A stretch of DNA of 64,000 nt. It comes from Ramazzottius varieornatus. Lineage: Eukaryota; Animalia; Tardigrada. The translations under genes were made by a program, and so were the position numbers. The notes beneath the pieces were generated by a model. That model saw only the letters and a list, made by a program, of their open reading frames with translations. It searched no databases and had not been told where the DNA came from. The stretch covers positions 930,001 through 994,000 of the forward strand of contig BDGG01000005.1 in the NCBI GenBank assembly GCA_001949185.1. Reading direction: 5' to 3'. Below are positions 23,819-39,798 of this stretch, in pieces (the first letter of the stretch is position 1; every line of letters begins with the position of its first letter).

Positions 23819-25964
23819 ATGTCTGGCCGAAGTGTTGTCGTTGTGGTTTCAGGTAAGTGTAAATATCGCGCCGTTGACTATTGTCAATTGATAGTAACAA
23901 AAGTTATATATGTCTGACTTGCACTTGCAGTATTCACGGTGTTCGCCGTTACTCTTGGCAAAAACATACCCGATTTTGGACCTTATTACACAGCATCTGG
24001 CATGATACTGCTACCTTACGCTGAGATCAAGGAGCCATTTAATGCTTACTTCGACCTGGAAAACAACCGAAGCCGAATAGACTACTACGGAGGTGTGTCA
24101 TGTCCAACCGGAAGTCCTATGTACATGTGTTCCTATTTGGTTTTTGTAGGGATGGTTCAGACGTACCAACGAGGTGACCAGCAGCCCTTTGGGATATCGT
24201 ATAAAGTAGCTCCACTGACCACGGAAACCGTCTTCAACGACAGAACGTGCTTCGAAGTCAACGGGACACATGACGGAGAAGTACTGGCGCAAGCAATTAT
24301 ACCCGACCTGTCAGAATTCACGGTACACAAACGATAAGGCTTATCTCCGTGCTCTATTGACCTGGTGTCCCTGGTGTCGCTCGTTCTTACTGTCGGACGA
24401 ACTAACGGTGTTATCTTACAGTACAAAGGCGAAATCTCATGCAAATGGGGAACCTGCGAACAGTGGGTCCAAGCTATCGAAGTGGGCGATGTTGTCAGCC
24501 GCTACAGGTTCTTGCTTACCCGCGGGAAGGATGGTACTCCTGTACCGCGAATGTACGAGATGAAAGGATATGACAATCTCATCGGTAGCCACTACGATAA
24601 ATACGTGCTGCATTACTTGGAATTTGACCAAGCCAAGCCTGACTCAACTTGTAAGTGTAACACGCCCAACAGGAAGTGAGGAACAGTTTCACCCAAAAGG
24701 CTTCTTTCCCTTAGTGTTCGATCTTCCTTCGGACCTGGAATGTCACGGGTTCCCTGGCCCAGGTTCTGGTCGTATCCACAAGGTCGAAATCAACCCAATG
24801 CATGAACTCATCCACCGAGATGACTCGCATATCAAGGAAGCCTTCGAGGATTTCAAAGAGGCCCATAACGTTACCTACCAGCACGAGAAGGAACACACTC
24901 ATCGTCTCCACCGTTTCCGACATAACTACCGCTTTATCAAGAGCCACAACCGGAAAGGCAAATCGTTCGTGCTGAAAGTGAACCATCTGGCTGACCGAAG
25001 TGACGACGAGATCTCCTACCTCCGTGGTCGCCTACCTTCCAAGGGCAAAACCAACAACGGGTTGTTCTTCAACAAGAAAGCTTACAAGAAAAAAGACGTT
25101 CCTGCACAGGTTTGTAAAAGCAATCAGTAGCTACACTCCTTCATAAACCTTTTTACACTCTTAGTCGTTCTTGTAGGTTGATTGGAGATTGAATGGTGCT
25201 GTGACGCCGGTTAAGGACCAAGCGATCTGCGGGTCGTGTTGGAGCTTCGGTACGACAGGCTCAATTGAAGGCGCACTCTTCGTCAAAACAGGGAAGCTGG
25301 TCAAGTTGAGCGAGCAGAGCTTAATTGACTGTAGCTGGGGTTTTGGAGATAACGGCTGTGATGGTGGGGAGGAATGGAGAGCTTACGAGTGGGTCATGAA
25401 ACATGGCGGAATCGCTACGGATGAGTCTTACGGAAGCTACCTTGGCACGGTAAGTTCTCCTCGTAAACAGACGGTGTTACGTATTGTAGCTCAGGTTTCG
25501 TTTTGTAGGATGGATACTGTCATCATAACGATTCGACCGTCGAGATCGGGGCAAAGATCGTTTCGTACGTGAACGTGACTTCCGGTGACGAGGAAGCCCT
25601 GAAGATGGCCATCGCTGTGCACGGACCCGTTGCTGTGGGCATCGATGCAGCTCATAAGTCCTTTAGCTTCTACTCCCATGGCGTCTTCTACGAACCTGAC
25701 TGCAAGAGTGGACCTGATGACATGGATCACGCTGTAGTGGCGGTTGGGTACGGAGAGCTCAATGGAGAGCCATATTGGCTGATCAAAAACTCGTGGAGTA
25801 CCTACTGGGGCAATGATGGATACATCCTGATGAGTCGCAAAGACAACATCTGCGGTGTGACGACAGGTATGAGAAATGTTTGTCCGCACTATGTAAAGAA
25901 TAAGTTAGATACGGATGATGGGTCTTTTTTCCTTGCAGATGCCACTTTCGTGAACATCGCCTGA
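23819..25964 (+). CDS. 26/29-kDa-type cathepsin L-like cysteine proteinase
   Basis: Signal peptide, LPYAEIKEPF..SRIDYYGG N-domain, I29 prodomain (VNHLAD) and catalytic motifs QAICGSCWSF, DHAVVAVGYG and KNSWSTYWG. Confidence 0.95.
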
Positions 25965-26361
25965 CACCGGGAAACGAAGCTTTCTGGATGACAGTGCCTT
26001 TCTCCAATTTCTTCTCCAATGGAGCTTGTGATTATATTTGCATACCCGTATCATTAGCTTATTCTTCTCAATTTTTACGACTGCTTGTGTTTTTGTTATG
26101 ACGAAAAGTATTCACTACGGTTTTCAGGTGAAGTTGTTCAAGACAGATTAGATTCTGTTTTAGCTTTCATCAGTGAATTTTCTGTCGCAAACTGGCCTCT
26201 GAGGCTGTTCAGCGAAACGCGCAGAAGCTGCATTCTAGGGTTGGTTCGCTGGAATAGAGTGAACAGGTCGTAAGGTGTTTCGTCTCGTGAGGTCTCTAAC
26301 AGAGAACACGTTTATGTCCGACCAAAATATCAGTTCCAGGGATGGAAGCTTTGCAGCTTTT

Positions 26362-26480
26362 GCCTGCGACCATACCACGTGGAATGCTCCCGATCCCGTT
26401 CGATCTCGGAAGATAAGCTACGTCGGGCCCGGTTAGTACTTAGATGGGTGACCGCTTGGGAACACCGGGTGTTGCAGGCT
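26362..26480 (+). rRNA. 5S rRNA gene
   Basis: 119 nt (GCCTGCGACCATACC..CCGATCCCGTTCGATCTCGGAAG..GGTTAGTACTTAGATGGGTGACCGCTTGGGAACACCGGGTGTTGCAGGCT) with pairing termini, followed by a T-tract Pol III terminator. Confidence 0.96.
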
Positions 26481-29400
26481 TCTTTTTGTGCAACATAGCT
26501 AGCCTCTGTTTCAAAATCTTAGCTAATTTTCACGGCGCTGGTTTTCACGTCCTGGGCAGTTGTAAATTTTTTTTGATAGTGTTCACGTTTCTTCCAGTCT
26601 TGAAGGGGCCTCGATAGCTGTAGGACATAGCTTAATTTATGTCGGAATTTTATTGCGTCTGACAATTGACTTGTTAAGTACTGTAGTAGTTGCCCTTCCT
26701 CCGCATTCCTAACCTCTCGACCAGTGTTCCGTCGGGGATTATCGATATACCATACATCACATAATCAACTCAAGGTAAGCGAATTTAAAAGACAAAGTGC
26801 ACCTGGAGGGCGGAGCCTGCAGATCTTCCCATCGAATCACACCCTAATATACTGATTTGTAGGTCCTTGTGCCAGAGCGGAAAAATATATGAGTCAACTA
26901 ACTTAAAACCTGCAGATAAAATTGAATTCCAACGAATACATTGGGTTAGAAGTTAGAACTGTATATTTTTCGAGCGCAGCAGTGGCTAAAAATCGGTTTT
27001 TATTATAATTTGATTTATTCACCGCGGTCTGCGGGAAAGCGCAACCACTGAGTTCCATAAACGATTTATTGGTTTCGTTGACAGAGTCAGTTTTGTGGTA
27101 GCAGACTTGCGGTTCGTTCGCACAATGAACATCTGTATCATCTTCGCAAAGCTGTCGAAGATGACTGACAGGTTGAAAGGCTATAACTGTGAATTTGAGA
27201 TTAATGATCGTCAGCTTGGACGACGCACACCCGGTCTACAAGCATGTCGACATGGTTTTTTGATAGAATAATAAAGCACCAGTGGCTATTAGATAAGGTC
27301 CGACGCCGACGATTGCTCCATTTTCAAATTTGATAAGATGATCGATCAGGCAGCTAACGACGAAGTGCAAAGTCGGTAGAAATCTGCTTCGCATGAAATG
27401 GACCGTGAAGTTTTGTGGTCATACAGTAGTCAATCTGAGCTATGCAATGGATAATTTCTGGTAAGATTGCTTAATGATCATGATCAAATTATTCTGACAG
27501 TATTTGGCTGCCCCATATTCTTGCAGAAGCCAACAGACCATCCGTCTTCCCCAGAAACAATACATAGGCATTCAACACCTTGAATCCTGGAACAAGAATT
27601 GGGATATAGGTAAATGGTAGGAACCAGATTGTCATCTCGAATGGTGCACCTTCTTATTGTTATTGGCCAGAAGCGTGCGCCACTTGAGACAACGACGTGG
27701 GGGAAATTATCTTCCTACATCCCATGTTCAGCCGGATGTATTTCGCTAGTCTTAAATGCTGACCACGCCCATTTACGGTTTATGGCCTTTCGATGGCCAT
27801 AAGCATGCCGCCGGTTCTTTTGGTCGCCTGGTTGATTGCTTCGGCTCTTCAACTTTTAGACCGCGCTATCCAACCGTGACCACCGTTACGTACTTTGTCC
27901 CAGCTAATCGACTACTAACCGCCTTCATATCCTCCAGCATTTATCTGTCTTTACTGTGGTCGATAACGCGGCTACCGAGCAGTTTTCCAGCGTAACGAAC
28001 ATGGCGAACTCGAGCTGATAGCCAGGCGATCGATAAAAAAGGAAGACGATTTTATCGGTAAATCGAACCCATCCATTTTCCATGGGGACAATTGCTTCAA
28101 GATTGCGTCTCGGGTTTCTCTGAAAACCGTTCGGCTGACACGAGTGTGTTGCTGCTAAAAATAGAACTTCAGAACTATCAACACAAAGTCAAAAAGTTCC
28201 TTGAGGAACAAAAGAAAGAAATGTTCTTGTATGGCTTCGAAGTGCTCTGCAAAGGCTACATTACTTCCGGATATAATTGCTGCTTTTTCGCTCTCTCAGT
28301 AACGGTATGAATGTGGCACTTAACGTTGTAGCAATTTGCAAAGGGTGACAGTAAAAACTGGTCATTGACTGATGCCAGCAATTTTTCATCCGAAGTTTTT
28401 TACGGCTTTGAATATTGCTTCTATACATATACAACACGCGGGGAAAAACTGGTCAGGTAAGTGACGGAGCGCTGTGAAGTCGTAAAGTATCACGAAGCAT
28501 GCGCTGATCAACGAGGAAGTTTGATACATGTACGGTGCCTGTCGAAGGCAAACAAGAAGAATCGGCCACCCTAAAAATGCCATCCGCAATGACGTCATGT
28601 ATATGTGAAAATGTAGGTGGCCGATTCACTCGCTCTATCCGACTTGCCTCCCTCTTTGCAAACGTAGGAACTCGATGTTGTTTGTCCTTCCGCAAGTAAC
28701 GCACATCATACTGTACGACGTACATCAAAAGTCAGTTGGATAAAGTACACAAACTTGAAGCTTCATTCAGAAAAGGAACCCGATGGTAGTTTGTAACTCT
28801 ATACAAAGCATTCGCACGGGAAGCCATCAGACTCGACAGAAGTCGTCGTCAAACGTGATATTCAGCATCACGGCCAGCGCCGGCACCTCCATCGACCGTT
28901 ACTTTTCTCAAGGCCGATTCCTCCTCCATTGAACGAGGAGACTATCAAGCCGGCTACAGTGTCTGCACTCCGCAATTGTTTATTCATAAGAGACCACTCG
29001 TCAATTTGCCTGCGCTAGCCTCTGAATATCTCATCAAGTGACGCGACTTGAAGTTCTTTGGTTCTTCTTCGGAACACTTTTGACTGTGCAAGAACCTGTT
29101 CGGACTCTTGGCCGTGGCCTCACGTGCTGCTTTCTACGTTTCTTCGTGGCGTCTATATAATCATCCTAGCGTGAAAAGGCCACTGTATTATACGCCGACA
29201 GTTCACGCTGCATATCCGCCCTGACTGCGCATATCTGCAAAGATCGACCGGTTCATTTCTCGCTCGCTCCACGCGGAAGAACCAACTCAATCTCGCATTT
29301 CCATTTGTGCACGGCCTTCCGTTACCCGATAGACCCCCCAACTTGGACCACAGGAAACGCGGTCGGAAATTGGCGTACGAGTGAGGTGGCCCACTTAGCC

Positions 29401-29957
29401 TGTGTGAACTTCCTTTTGCCGGCATATCCTGCATCAGCCTTTGTGTTGCGGTTTGTAGAACGCTCAAATTCGATATTGCTGTATGCGGCGGGGTTTCGGC
29501 CTTTCTTTCAAACCATGCTGACGCGTGCAAGCGCGGTGTTAAGTCTCCTGGGAATAAGCACGAGTCGAGACATGATCTGCTAATCCAGTTGAAGTCCACT
29601 TCAATTTGCGATAACGGCTTCGAAACGGCAAATCATATTGCCGTCTGCTTTGTGTATGGATTAACTCGATATTATGTGGGACTGGGTGAATTTCGCCATT
29701 TGCGGTGAGCTTGCCATACGAATCTTTGTTTGTTCAAACTGAATTTTCGACTTTTTTCCTGTATTGCCGTCTGAAGAACTTTAGCAAAGCTTTTTTGGTT
29801 TATCTTCACTATTTCTAAACTGTCGTTGCATGCTGCGTGAGCAAATTGAAAGCATGGACAGCAGCCGTTTTGCGTATATCTGCCAATCTGTGGCTATTTT
29901 TCTAGAGCATTCTTCATCCACCTTCGCTCGCTGTTTTGAGGAAGCACTAGTATTTGA

Positions 29958-30473
29958 ATGAGCAAAGCTTTGTCTTTTACAGTGGGAACCGTTGTGCCTT
30001 CTTCCTTGTTGGTGGGACTTCTTCTTCGTTGCCTCCTCCGGAACAGTGAGCGTCGTTGTTTTAAGGGTGCCTCGGAGGATTGCGAAATCCTTGTCAGTAC
30101 AACGACGCGGCCTCGACCGACGGCCATCCGCGAGATATTACACGAGTTTACGCACCGTGAAGTGTTCGGTGGCCCCTCAAGATCGGGCTTATCGTCAACA
30201 GCTGACTTGCCGCCCGAGTACTCAACCTCCATCGCCGCCTTGGACTTATCACAGCCGGGACAGGCCCAGCCACCTCTCTACGGAAGCCAGCAGACAATCT
30301 TATCGTCAGTTCCTTCATTGTACGGGCGGATGTACTCTTCGTCTGTGCCCGGCAATCTCAACGCACTCATCGCCTCATTTGAGTTACTGCCGGAGTTTGC
30401 CTCCATGCCGCCGCCTCCGACATATGAGGAAACCGTCCGGAACCAGCAACGACATGTCGATACCCACTCATGA
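29958..30473 (+). CDS. Probable single-pass membrane protein with PPxY/LPxY motifs (5' exon unresolved)
   Basis: Hydrophobic stretch followed by LPPEY, PPLY and PPPPTYEE. A likely splice acceptor lies at ~29981. Confidence 0.55.
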   Translation: MSKALSFTVGTVVPSSLLVGLLLRCLLRNSERRCFKGASEDCEILVSTTTRPRPTAIREILHEFTHREVFGGPSRSGLSSTADLPPEYSTSIAALDLSQPGQAQPPLYGSQQTILSSVPSLYGRMYSSSVPGNLNALIASFELLPEFASMPPPPTYEETVRNQQRHVDTHS

Positions 30474-31346
30474 AATGATGGCGACTCTTTCTTTGGCAGA
30501 CCGAAGCCACACAAAATTGATTGCTCAAACAACCATGCATGACTTGATGATCAATATTTCGTGATAGAGAAGAAAACCCATCCTCCCTCCCCGCTGTTAT
30601 GTACCAGTGCAGTATCACTTGACCGGAAAGTGGCGAACCACATCTCAAATGAAAAAGACGGAGCGAAAGAATGAAACTTCTAAAGCGAGTGAAGTAAGGA
30701 AGATTTTTTGCTTGACGATCAAATTTACACCCAAAAAAAGGCGTGAAAGAGTTTGATGAAAATAATACTGTACGTAACATATCCAATAACACCGCAGTGA
30801 CGTCTCTGTAGCTGTTGAGTGACATCATGTGATGTCATGATGAGTCCGCTATAAGTTAGTGATCCTCACCACATCTGCACGGACGCGAGTTCCTTCCTGT
30901 CACATGTCGTTCGATACTTTCCTTCACTTTCGCCTTTCGGTCCATCTGTTGGTTACGAAGCCTTTTTGTCTTTCTGTTTGTTCGAGATGATCAATGTGAC
31001 GCACTTTGTGCTAACAAGGAGTGAACAGTCAAATAAAACACAGTTATGGATTGGACGTTGACATACTCTCTGGTCAGTCTCTCAGTTCGACATTCTCAAC
31101 AGCGTCTGATCGATACAAGACCGCAAAATGTACCTTGGCACATACAGTGCAACAATAAAACCAGATATATAACAACTCGACGGTTAGAATAAACATGTTT
31201 CCACGTGAGAGAGACGGACCATTTTGAAACACGTTATAAAACTGTATGAAAACGTTTCAAAACCTTGAGCAAAATAGCACACGTGAGCTTCGAGTCCGAG
31301 AGGTCCTTTGATAGTACTACGCCGCTGAAAGCGCTGTTGCAAAATA

Positions 31347-34300
31347 TTAAAAATAAAATTGTCGCTCAAGCCATCCGCCCGGGTTTCTGCGAATCCAGAA
31401 GCGGCGCACTTCATCCCAGATACAGAAGAGCAGACCGAATGGCAAGACCGGCAACCACCAAATGAGCCTATTAAAAATATTTCTCAGCGAAATTCTTCGA
31501 CAATATTTTTGAATCGAGAAGTAGAATTTTGAAAATGTTCAACTTTGGGTTTCTGGCAATAGACTTACTTCATGGTGTGAAGTGTCAGAGCAGTATTCAG
31601 TCCAGGGGTGTAAGTGACAAATATCGCGATGAGTGTTTCAGCAACCAGGGCGAAATTCAAAAGCCAGTTTCTAATGCAACCAGATTGTTAGTTCCGATGC
31701 AACACTCAACATGACGTGCCGTCAAATAAATTATTCAAACACGAAGTAACACGAACCTCATTCCTTTGTTAAAGATACTCTCCCGCCGCACCTGTTAAAG
31801 ATTGTTTCTGTGTTAAAGATGTCGAAAATGGTGCGTCTATTTTCCCTGTTAAAAATACTTTGCGCATAACCGCATCTCCCCACTGAAACACCACAACCGA
31901 GACGAAAAAGACCGTGTTGATCAGACGTTGCAGCTTCATCCGTTGCGCATAGTTCTGAAACCGGAAGTAGGCGCCCTTCATAAAACGCCCCTTGTGTCTT
32001 GGACCGTATCAACAAGCTTACCCATTCCTGACCGTATGAATCTTGTAAATCGTCGAGGCTCGGGTCTTCCCACGCAGCGCGCAACCCGAAGAGCATCGAC
32101 GGCCGGAAGCCGTTCTGGGCAAAGCAGACGCAGTAGGTGAAGTAGGCTCCCGTAGTGCAGATGATTCCAGCCTGCATGTACGCACAGTGGATCAGCCTGG
32201 CGTTGACCAAACGATCGTGGATGTCTCTGGGCGGCAACTGAAACGAAAGCATCGGTCTCAATCCATCATACATCATACCAAACCGTATTCCATGGGAAGA
32301 ATCAGAAGTTCACCTTCATGATGTCTTCCTCCGCTGATTCATGAGCCATAGAGATGGACGGAATCTGCAGCAAGAACGTTCATGAGTGAGATCAAATTAG
32401 TGGGTTTGGAGACTTCAGCAGTCAGGTTTGAGAACTTGCCATGTCGGTGACCACGTTCAACAGTAACATGGGAATAGTGGTCATTGCCAAAGGAATGTCG
32501 AGTAGAAAGTACAGGACTACCGGCACCACTTCCGGAACGTTCGACATGATGTTGTAGCATATAGTTTTCTTCAAGTTGTCAAAAACCAACCGTCCTAGAA
32601 GAAAACCAGCCATTTACTTTAAAGCGTTCAGAATTGCTTGTGTAACGTAGTTTGTCTAACCTTCTTCGATGCCGGTCACGATGGAAGAGAAGTTGTCATC
32701 CAGTAGAACCATATCGGCTGCTTGTTTGCTGACATCGCTTCCGGTGATGCCCATTGCCACACCTAGACAGTCATAATCGTATCCGTTTGAAATGTCAGGG
32801 ATAAACCGAAAGCTTAGCAGACGAACTCGACACGATTGTTTGGCCAAGTGGCGCACCTTTTCGGTGTTACTGGACAAGAAACGGGCGCCACTTGGAAGGA
32901 GGATCAGGTTGAGTTTTTGCTTCGGTCCCAAAATGAAATCCAAGTCGGAATAAGGTACGTACTAACCAATTTGGGCTTTCTTGAGTGCCGGGGAGTCGTT
33001 CGCACCATCACCGGTCACTGCGACCACGCCTAGTTTCTGACAGGCTTCCACAATTACCAGCTTTTGGATAGGAGAAGTTCGTGCGAAAATGATCTCTGGA
33101 TGAGTGCGGAGAATGGTGTCCAATTGGAGGTCGCCCATGGTTCGTAGCTGGTCTCCCGTGATGATGGCAGCCTTGGCATCTCGAGGGTTGACTTCAGAGA
33201 CCGCGATCTTCAGACGTTCGGCAATGTCCTCAGCAGTTTCCGACTGGTCAGACAAAATACCGCAGGCCCGCGCTACGGCTTTCGCTGTCACGGGATGATC
33301 CCCGGTGACCATTATGATTCGAATTCCTCCAAAAATAAAGAAGGCAGATAGACTTGGAAATCAATTGAATACTTCTACAAACTCTAAAAATGTTCATACA
33401 GTAGGGGATCTCGGTATACCAACCCGACAACAATGTTCTTCCAAGTGGCGCACATCTTCGACAATTTTGGCTCGAAGCGTGCGCCACTTGGATAATAATG
33501 CTGTCGAGTTTGTTTACCTAGTTTTGTTGCCTTCTTCGTATATCTCGTGTCTGAGGTCTCTCATATTATTTTCATTTAAAATATTTTTGTTTGTTTTCGG
33601 ATGGTGTTGAATTTTGAATAGTTGTGTTTTAATCTTGATCTTTGTACCTGCAGCGCGACATTTTATGACGGCATCGGGGACTGTACAGCGCAGAGGGTCA
33701 ATCAGCGAGAACAGCCCTAAGAAAGTAAGGTCTTCCAGGGGGAAGTTGGGGTTCTCCGCGTCGAACTTGGTCGGGACCGGGAAGCCTCGAGGGGAGAGCC
33801 ACAGCTGGCAGCAGCCAAGGCATCGTTCACCCATGCCACCAAGTAGTTCATAGGCCTCGATGAAGCGCTTGTTCCATTCGTCGTCGATCAGTTCTTCTTT
33901 CCCGTCCACGGTGATGGACGAGCACAACGACCAGATCTTTTCCGGAGCGCCTTTCATCACCAGAAGATATCCGCCTTCCTTGGTGGGAGACTCGCTTGCA
34001 GGCACCTCATGGACAGAAACCTAAACAACACTATTATGACGATGAGGAAGTTTGGTCATATTTTCAGTGATTGGTTACCAACCTGAAACTTCGTGAGTGA
34101 ATTGAAGGGAATCTCCACAGCAGTTGGGTGACTTCGTCGTACTTCCTGAGAGCGACCACCGATCGCTTCGACAAACTTCAGAAGCGCAGTTTCCGAAGCA
34201 TCTCCAACGACTTCTCGCGAGTAGATTGGTCCACCTGGACATTCGATCTTGAAGTGTGCCCGATTGCACAGGTACGCTACCCTAATCAGGTCTTTCATAG

Positions 34301-36622
34301 TCTGAGTACTTGGCAAATCTTGACCTGTAAGGACCAATACAAAGCTCTTTGGTTAATGGAATAGGTAAACAGTCCAAGCCATCAGTATCAAGTGGTTTGA
34401 AAGAACCAAGAACTATTCTTACCGGCAAGGTTCTCGGAACTTGTGTCGATATTAACCAAGATGTTATCCACCCAGCAGTGCGACACTGTCATTCGGTTCT
34501 GCGTCAAGGTCCCCGTCTTGTCCGTACAGATGATGGAACAGGCACCAAGCGACTCTACAGCTTCGAGATTCTTCATGAGACAGTTATTCTTCGCCATTCT
34601 TTGCGCTGTCAACGTCAGTACCACCTAAAAATCCCTGCTTAAACTACGGAAATCTCGCTTACTCAAAGGTAAAGCACGAAAAACTGTTTACTTTCTTACC
34701 GTGACAGCGATCACAACTCCACCTGCAAAGAAACACCAACGTTTAGAGCCGACCGCGATAGAGCGAAAGTCATGATAAACGCGAGAATATATAGTACCTG
34801 GCACGTTACCGACGATCAAACTGATGGCCAGAATGATGGTGATCAAGAAATCTCGTCCCAGAGCCAAAGGAACCATGATGAATATCACACCAGTTGTAAT
34901 AGCTAGCATGCTAATGAGTCTGACGAAGGCGTTGATTTCTTTGGCGATTGTCGTCTCAACGTGCTGTAGCTGGGCCGTCGTGGTGGCGATGTTACCGATG
35001 ACCGTTTTGTCAGCTCGACGGATGACCACTCCGCGACCCCACCCTTCCACTGCGTTAGTAGTGTAAAAGCAAAGATTCGTCGACTCCAATGGGTTCTCTG
35101 AAGGCACCGGCTTCCGAGGCTGCGCTTCCGACTCACCCGTTAACGTGGAATTGTCCACCTAAGAACATGATATTCCGATAACGGAAATTTATGTATAGGC
35201 AAACAAAAGAGTGCGGAGATTTGGAAGCTTCGCAGACCAACTGAACAAGAGCGTGTTCCCAAGTGGCGCACGGTCACAAGTATTATCACTACGAGCGTGC
35301 ACCACTTAGAAAGAAACTATTGTCTAGCGTATTGGCTTAGGTTGGCCCATTTCCTCACGGACCTTTAATCCTTTGGCATCGAAGAGGCGAATGTCTGCCG
35401 GTACCCGATCGCCTCCGCGAATTTCGACTACGTCACCCAGAACCAAGTCGTCTGCCAGGATGCGCTTCTCTTGGCCATTTCGAATGACAGTAGCGTGTTG
35501 CGGCATCATCTTCTTGAAAGAGTCCATGATACGTTCTGACTTGGCTTTCTGAGCGTACAGGAAGACTGCGGTGATCAGGACGACGAGGAACAGTACCACC
35601 GCTAAGTACAGCTACGAAAGAAAATTTGACGAGTTCTCCGCTTGAACGGTAAATGATTTCGTGCAACTCACGTTGTCAAAAGGTACTTCGCTGACGCCCA
35701 TGGAGCCCAACTGGATAAAGAACGCCACGAAACACAGCAGCGAACCGGCCAACAGAAGCGGCGAGAAACCACCCAGCATTTCTCGCAGGAACTTCACAAC
35801 CTCCGGCACGTGCTTGGGCGGCGGCATCGTGTTCTTTCCGTCTCGTCGAAGTCGCAGTTTGGTTTCTTCTTCCGACAAACCCTGGGCAAAAACGCACCTA
35901 ACGTAGACCTAAACACACATGGCTTGGACTTTGAATCCGACTTACCATCGTCGGGTTTGTGTCCAACCTCGCATAGAGCTCGTCAAGTGGGAGAGTATGT
36001 TCGTCCTAAATGCGAAGGAAAGTTTCAGTGCAGTTTCGAGAAACGGGATTACTGTCAGTATAATGCAAACCATCTGGATGTCGGCTTTCATGCTTAGCGC
36101 TGAAAACGACGGGGCCTTCTTGCTCCTGAAGTTCTGCATATGTTGAGCGAAGTAGGAATTTGGTTTGTTGACGGCAACGGTGTCCAGACCGGCCAAGTCC
36201 GCATACGAACTTTGTGCCGGAGTCTAGGGAAACTCCGAAACATTTTTACATCGTCTTTGCCATAACAAAAGACCTCGACCAAGAGAAGGGTTACTTACTC
36301 CTGGAGGACTTCGTCGGTTAGAGCCGCCGTTGTGTTCCACCTCAAAACGGGCAGAGTTTTTGCTAGTCGGTGAGAGGCTATTGTTTGTAGCCACAAGATC
36401 CGCATCTCCATCCACAGCGTCGATAACTGCCGACGCTTCACTGTTGAGGTGAACCGTTTGGCCATTCGGAAACGACACAGTAATCAGTGGAGGACGTTCA
36501 GCAAGATCTCGTTGTTCGAGCCGTGAAACGCATGCGGCGGGTGCGGAAAAGTCGGGCTGTAGTTTGTCATCAGCATGGTGGAAATTTTGACAGACCGAAT
36601 TAGCACTTGGTTCATCTCCCAT
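31347..36622 (-). CDS. Divergent Na+/K+-ATPase alpha-like P-type (P2C) ATPase with many exons
   Basis: Contains [75 protein letters not shown] and QWGD, and ends in [12 protein letters not shown]. Confidence 0.93.
33440..33492. repeat. Best copy of a dispersed ~55-bp palindromic element (at least 10 copies in the window)
   Basis: 14-bp perfect IR TCCAAGTGGCGCAC..GTGCGCCACTTGGA. Other copies start at 1368, 27635, 32844, 35256, 39370, 42122, 46277, 55177 and 55250. Confidence 0.9.
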
Positions 36623-37591
36623 TCTACCGGTAGCGTTCGTCCGGAATCAACCCTTCAGAGAAGGACACGAGAGAAACGCTGCAAAATCAGGGATTCGGGC
36701 TAGCAGAAGCCAGAATACAGGTTAGCCAATTATGAAACCTTTCTGAAACCATTCAAAGTTTCAAACCAATAGACATCACACCGAACGATCGCACTGAAGA
36801 TCACGTTTTCCACTTCGAGATCGAATCGTACTTTATCCTACCGTAACTTGCCGAGCTCTGACCAGCGACGGACGCGACAGAGGGAAGACATCGATGTGAC
36901 TAATGAAACAGGATCTTGCGATGCTTTCTAGGAAGCTGGAACGGAATTTGGGACAGGCATTGTTGTGATTTTACCAGTGTAAGAAAAGAAGGTGGAGCCC
37001 AGCTAACTGCCCTTCGTCCGTCTACTTCACTTGACCCTGCCACCCTGGCGAGGCACAGGGTTCTAGGGGCTGCTTGATACAGCAACTCTGCCACGCCGGG
37101 GCAGGACCTGGGTTAATCCCCAGGGCGGTGCCTAATTCTACTCAAACCGGTCATGACGTCATCCGTGACACTGCGCCAGTCGTTTCCGGCTGACTGCGGG
37201 TGCGGGCACAGCACAATTTTCTATTTTCTTTCCCGAAGTTTACGCCGATTTTAAGCGTTGCTCCTGTTGCACCTCATAGTCATAATCTCATCAAATTCTG
37301 TCAGGTAAGCACTTGGAGTAAGCTGGGCTAGCGGATGTGGAGTGGTTGGCGGCTACGTCAAGAAACGGTGTGACAGACAGTCTGAGACAGGTAACGGTTG
37401 CCACGATAAGCTGTTAGTGTTTCCCGATAAGATTAGGCAAAATGGTTGTCTCCTTCCCTAGTATGACGTCTGCCGGGCAACTCGTTGCTCCATTTCCGCT
37501 TCATAATCAGTCGGGCACAGGTAGCAGTGTCTCCAGGAACATTTCATGCAAATAGTCAGCCATGGGTTTCTCTCTTTTAGATCGCTTCAAA

Positions 37592-39798
<2,207 letters not shown>

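Noticed and set aside
23290-23891. 188-aa and 85-aa ORFs between FASTKD and the cathepsin
   Set aside because: They start at non-ATG or implausible codons, overlap the promoter/UTR and have no protein-like features.
26500-29800. Short ORFs in the region after the 5S gene
   Set aside because: No recognisable motifs or consistent exon chain.
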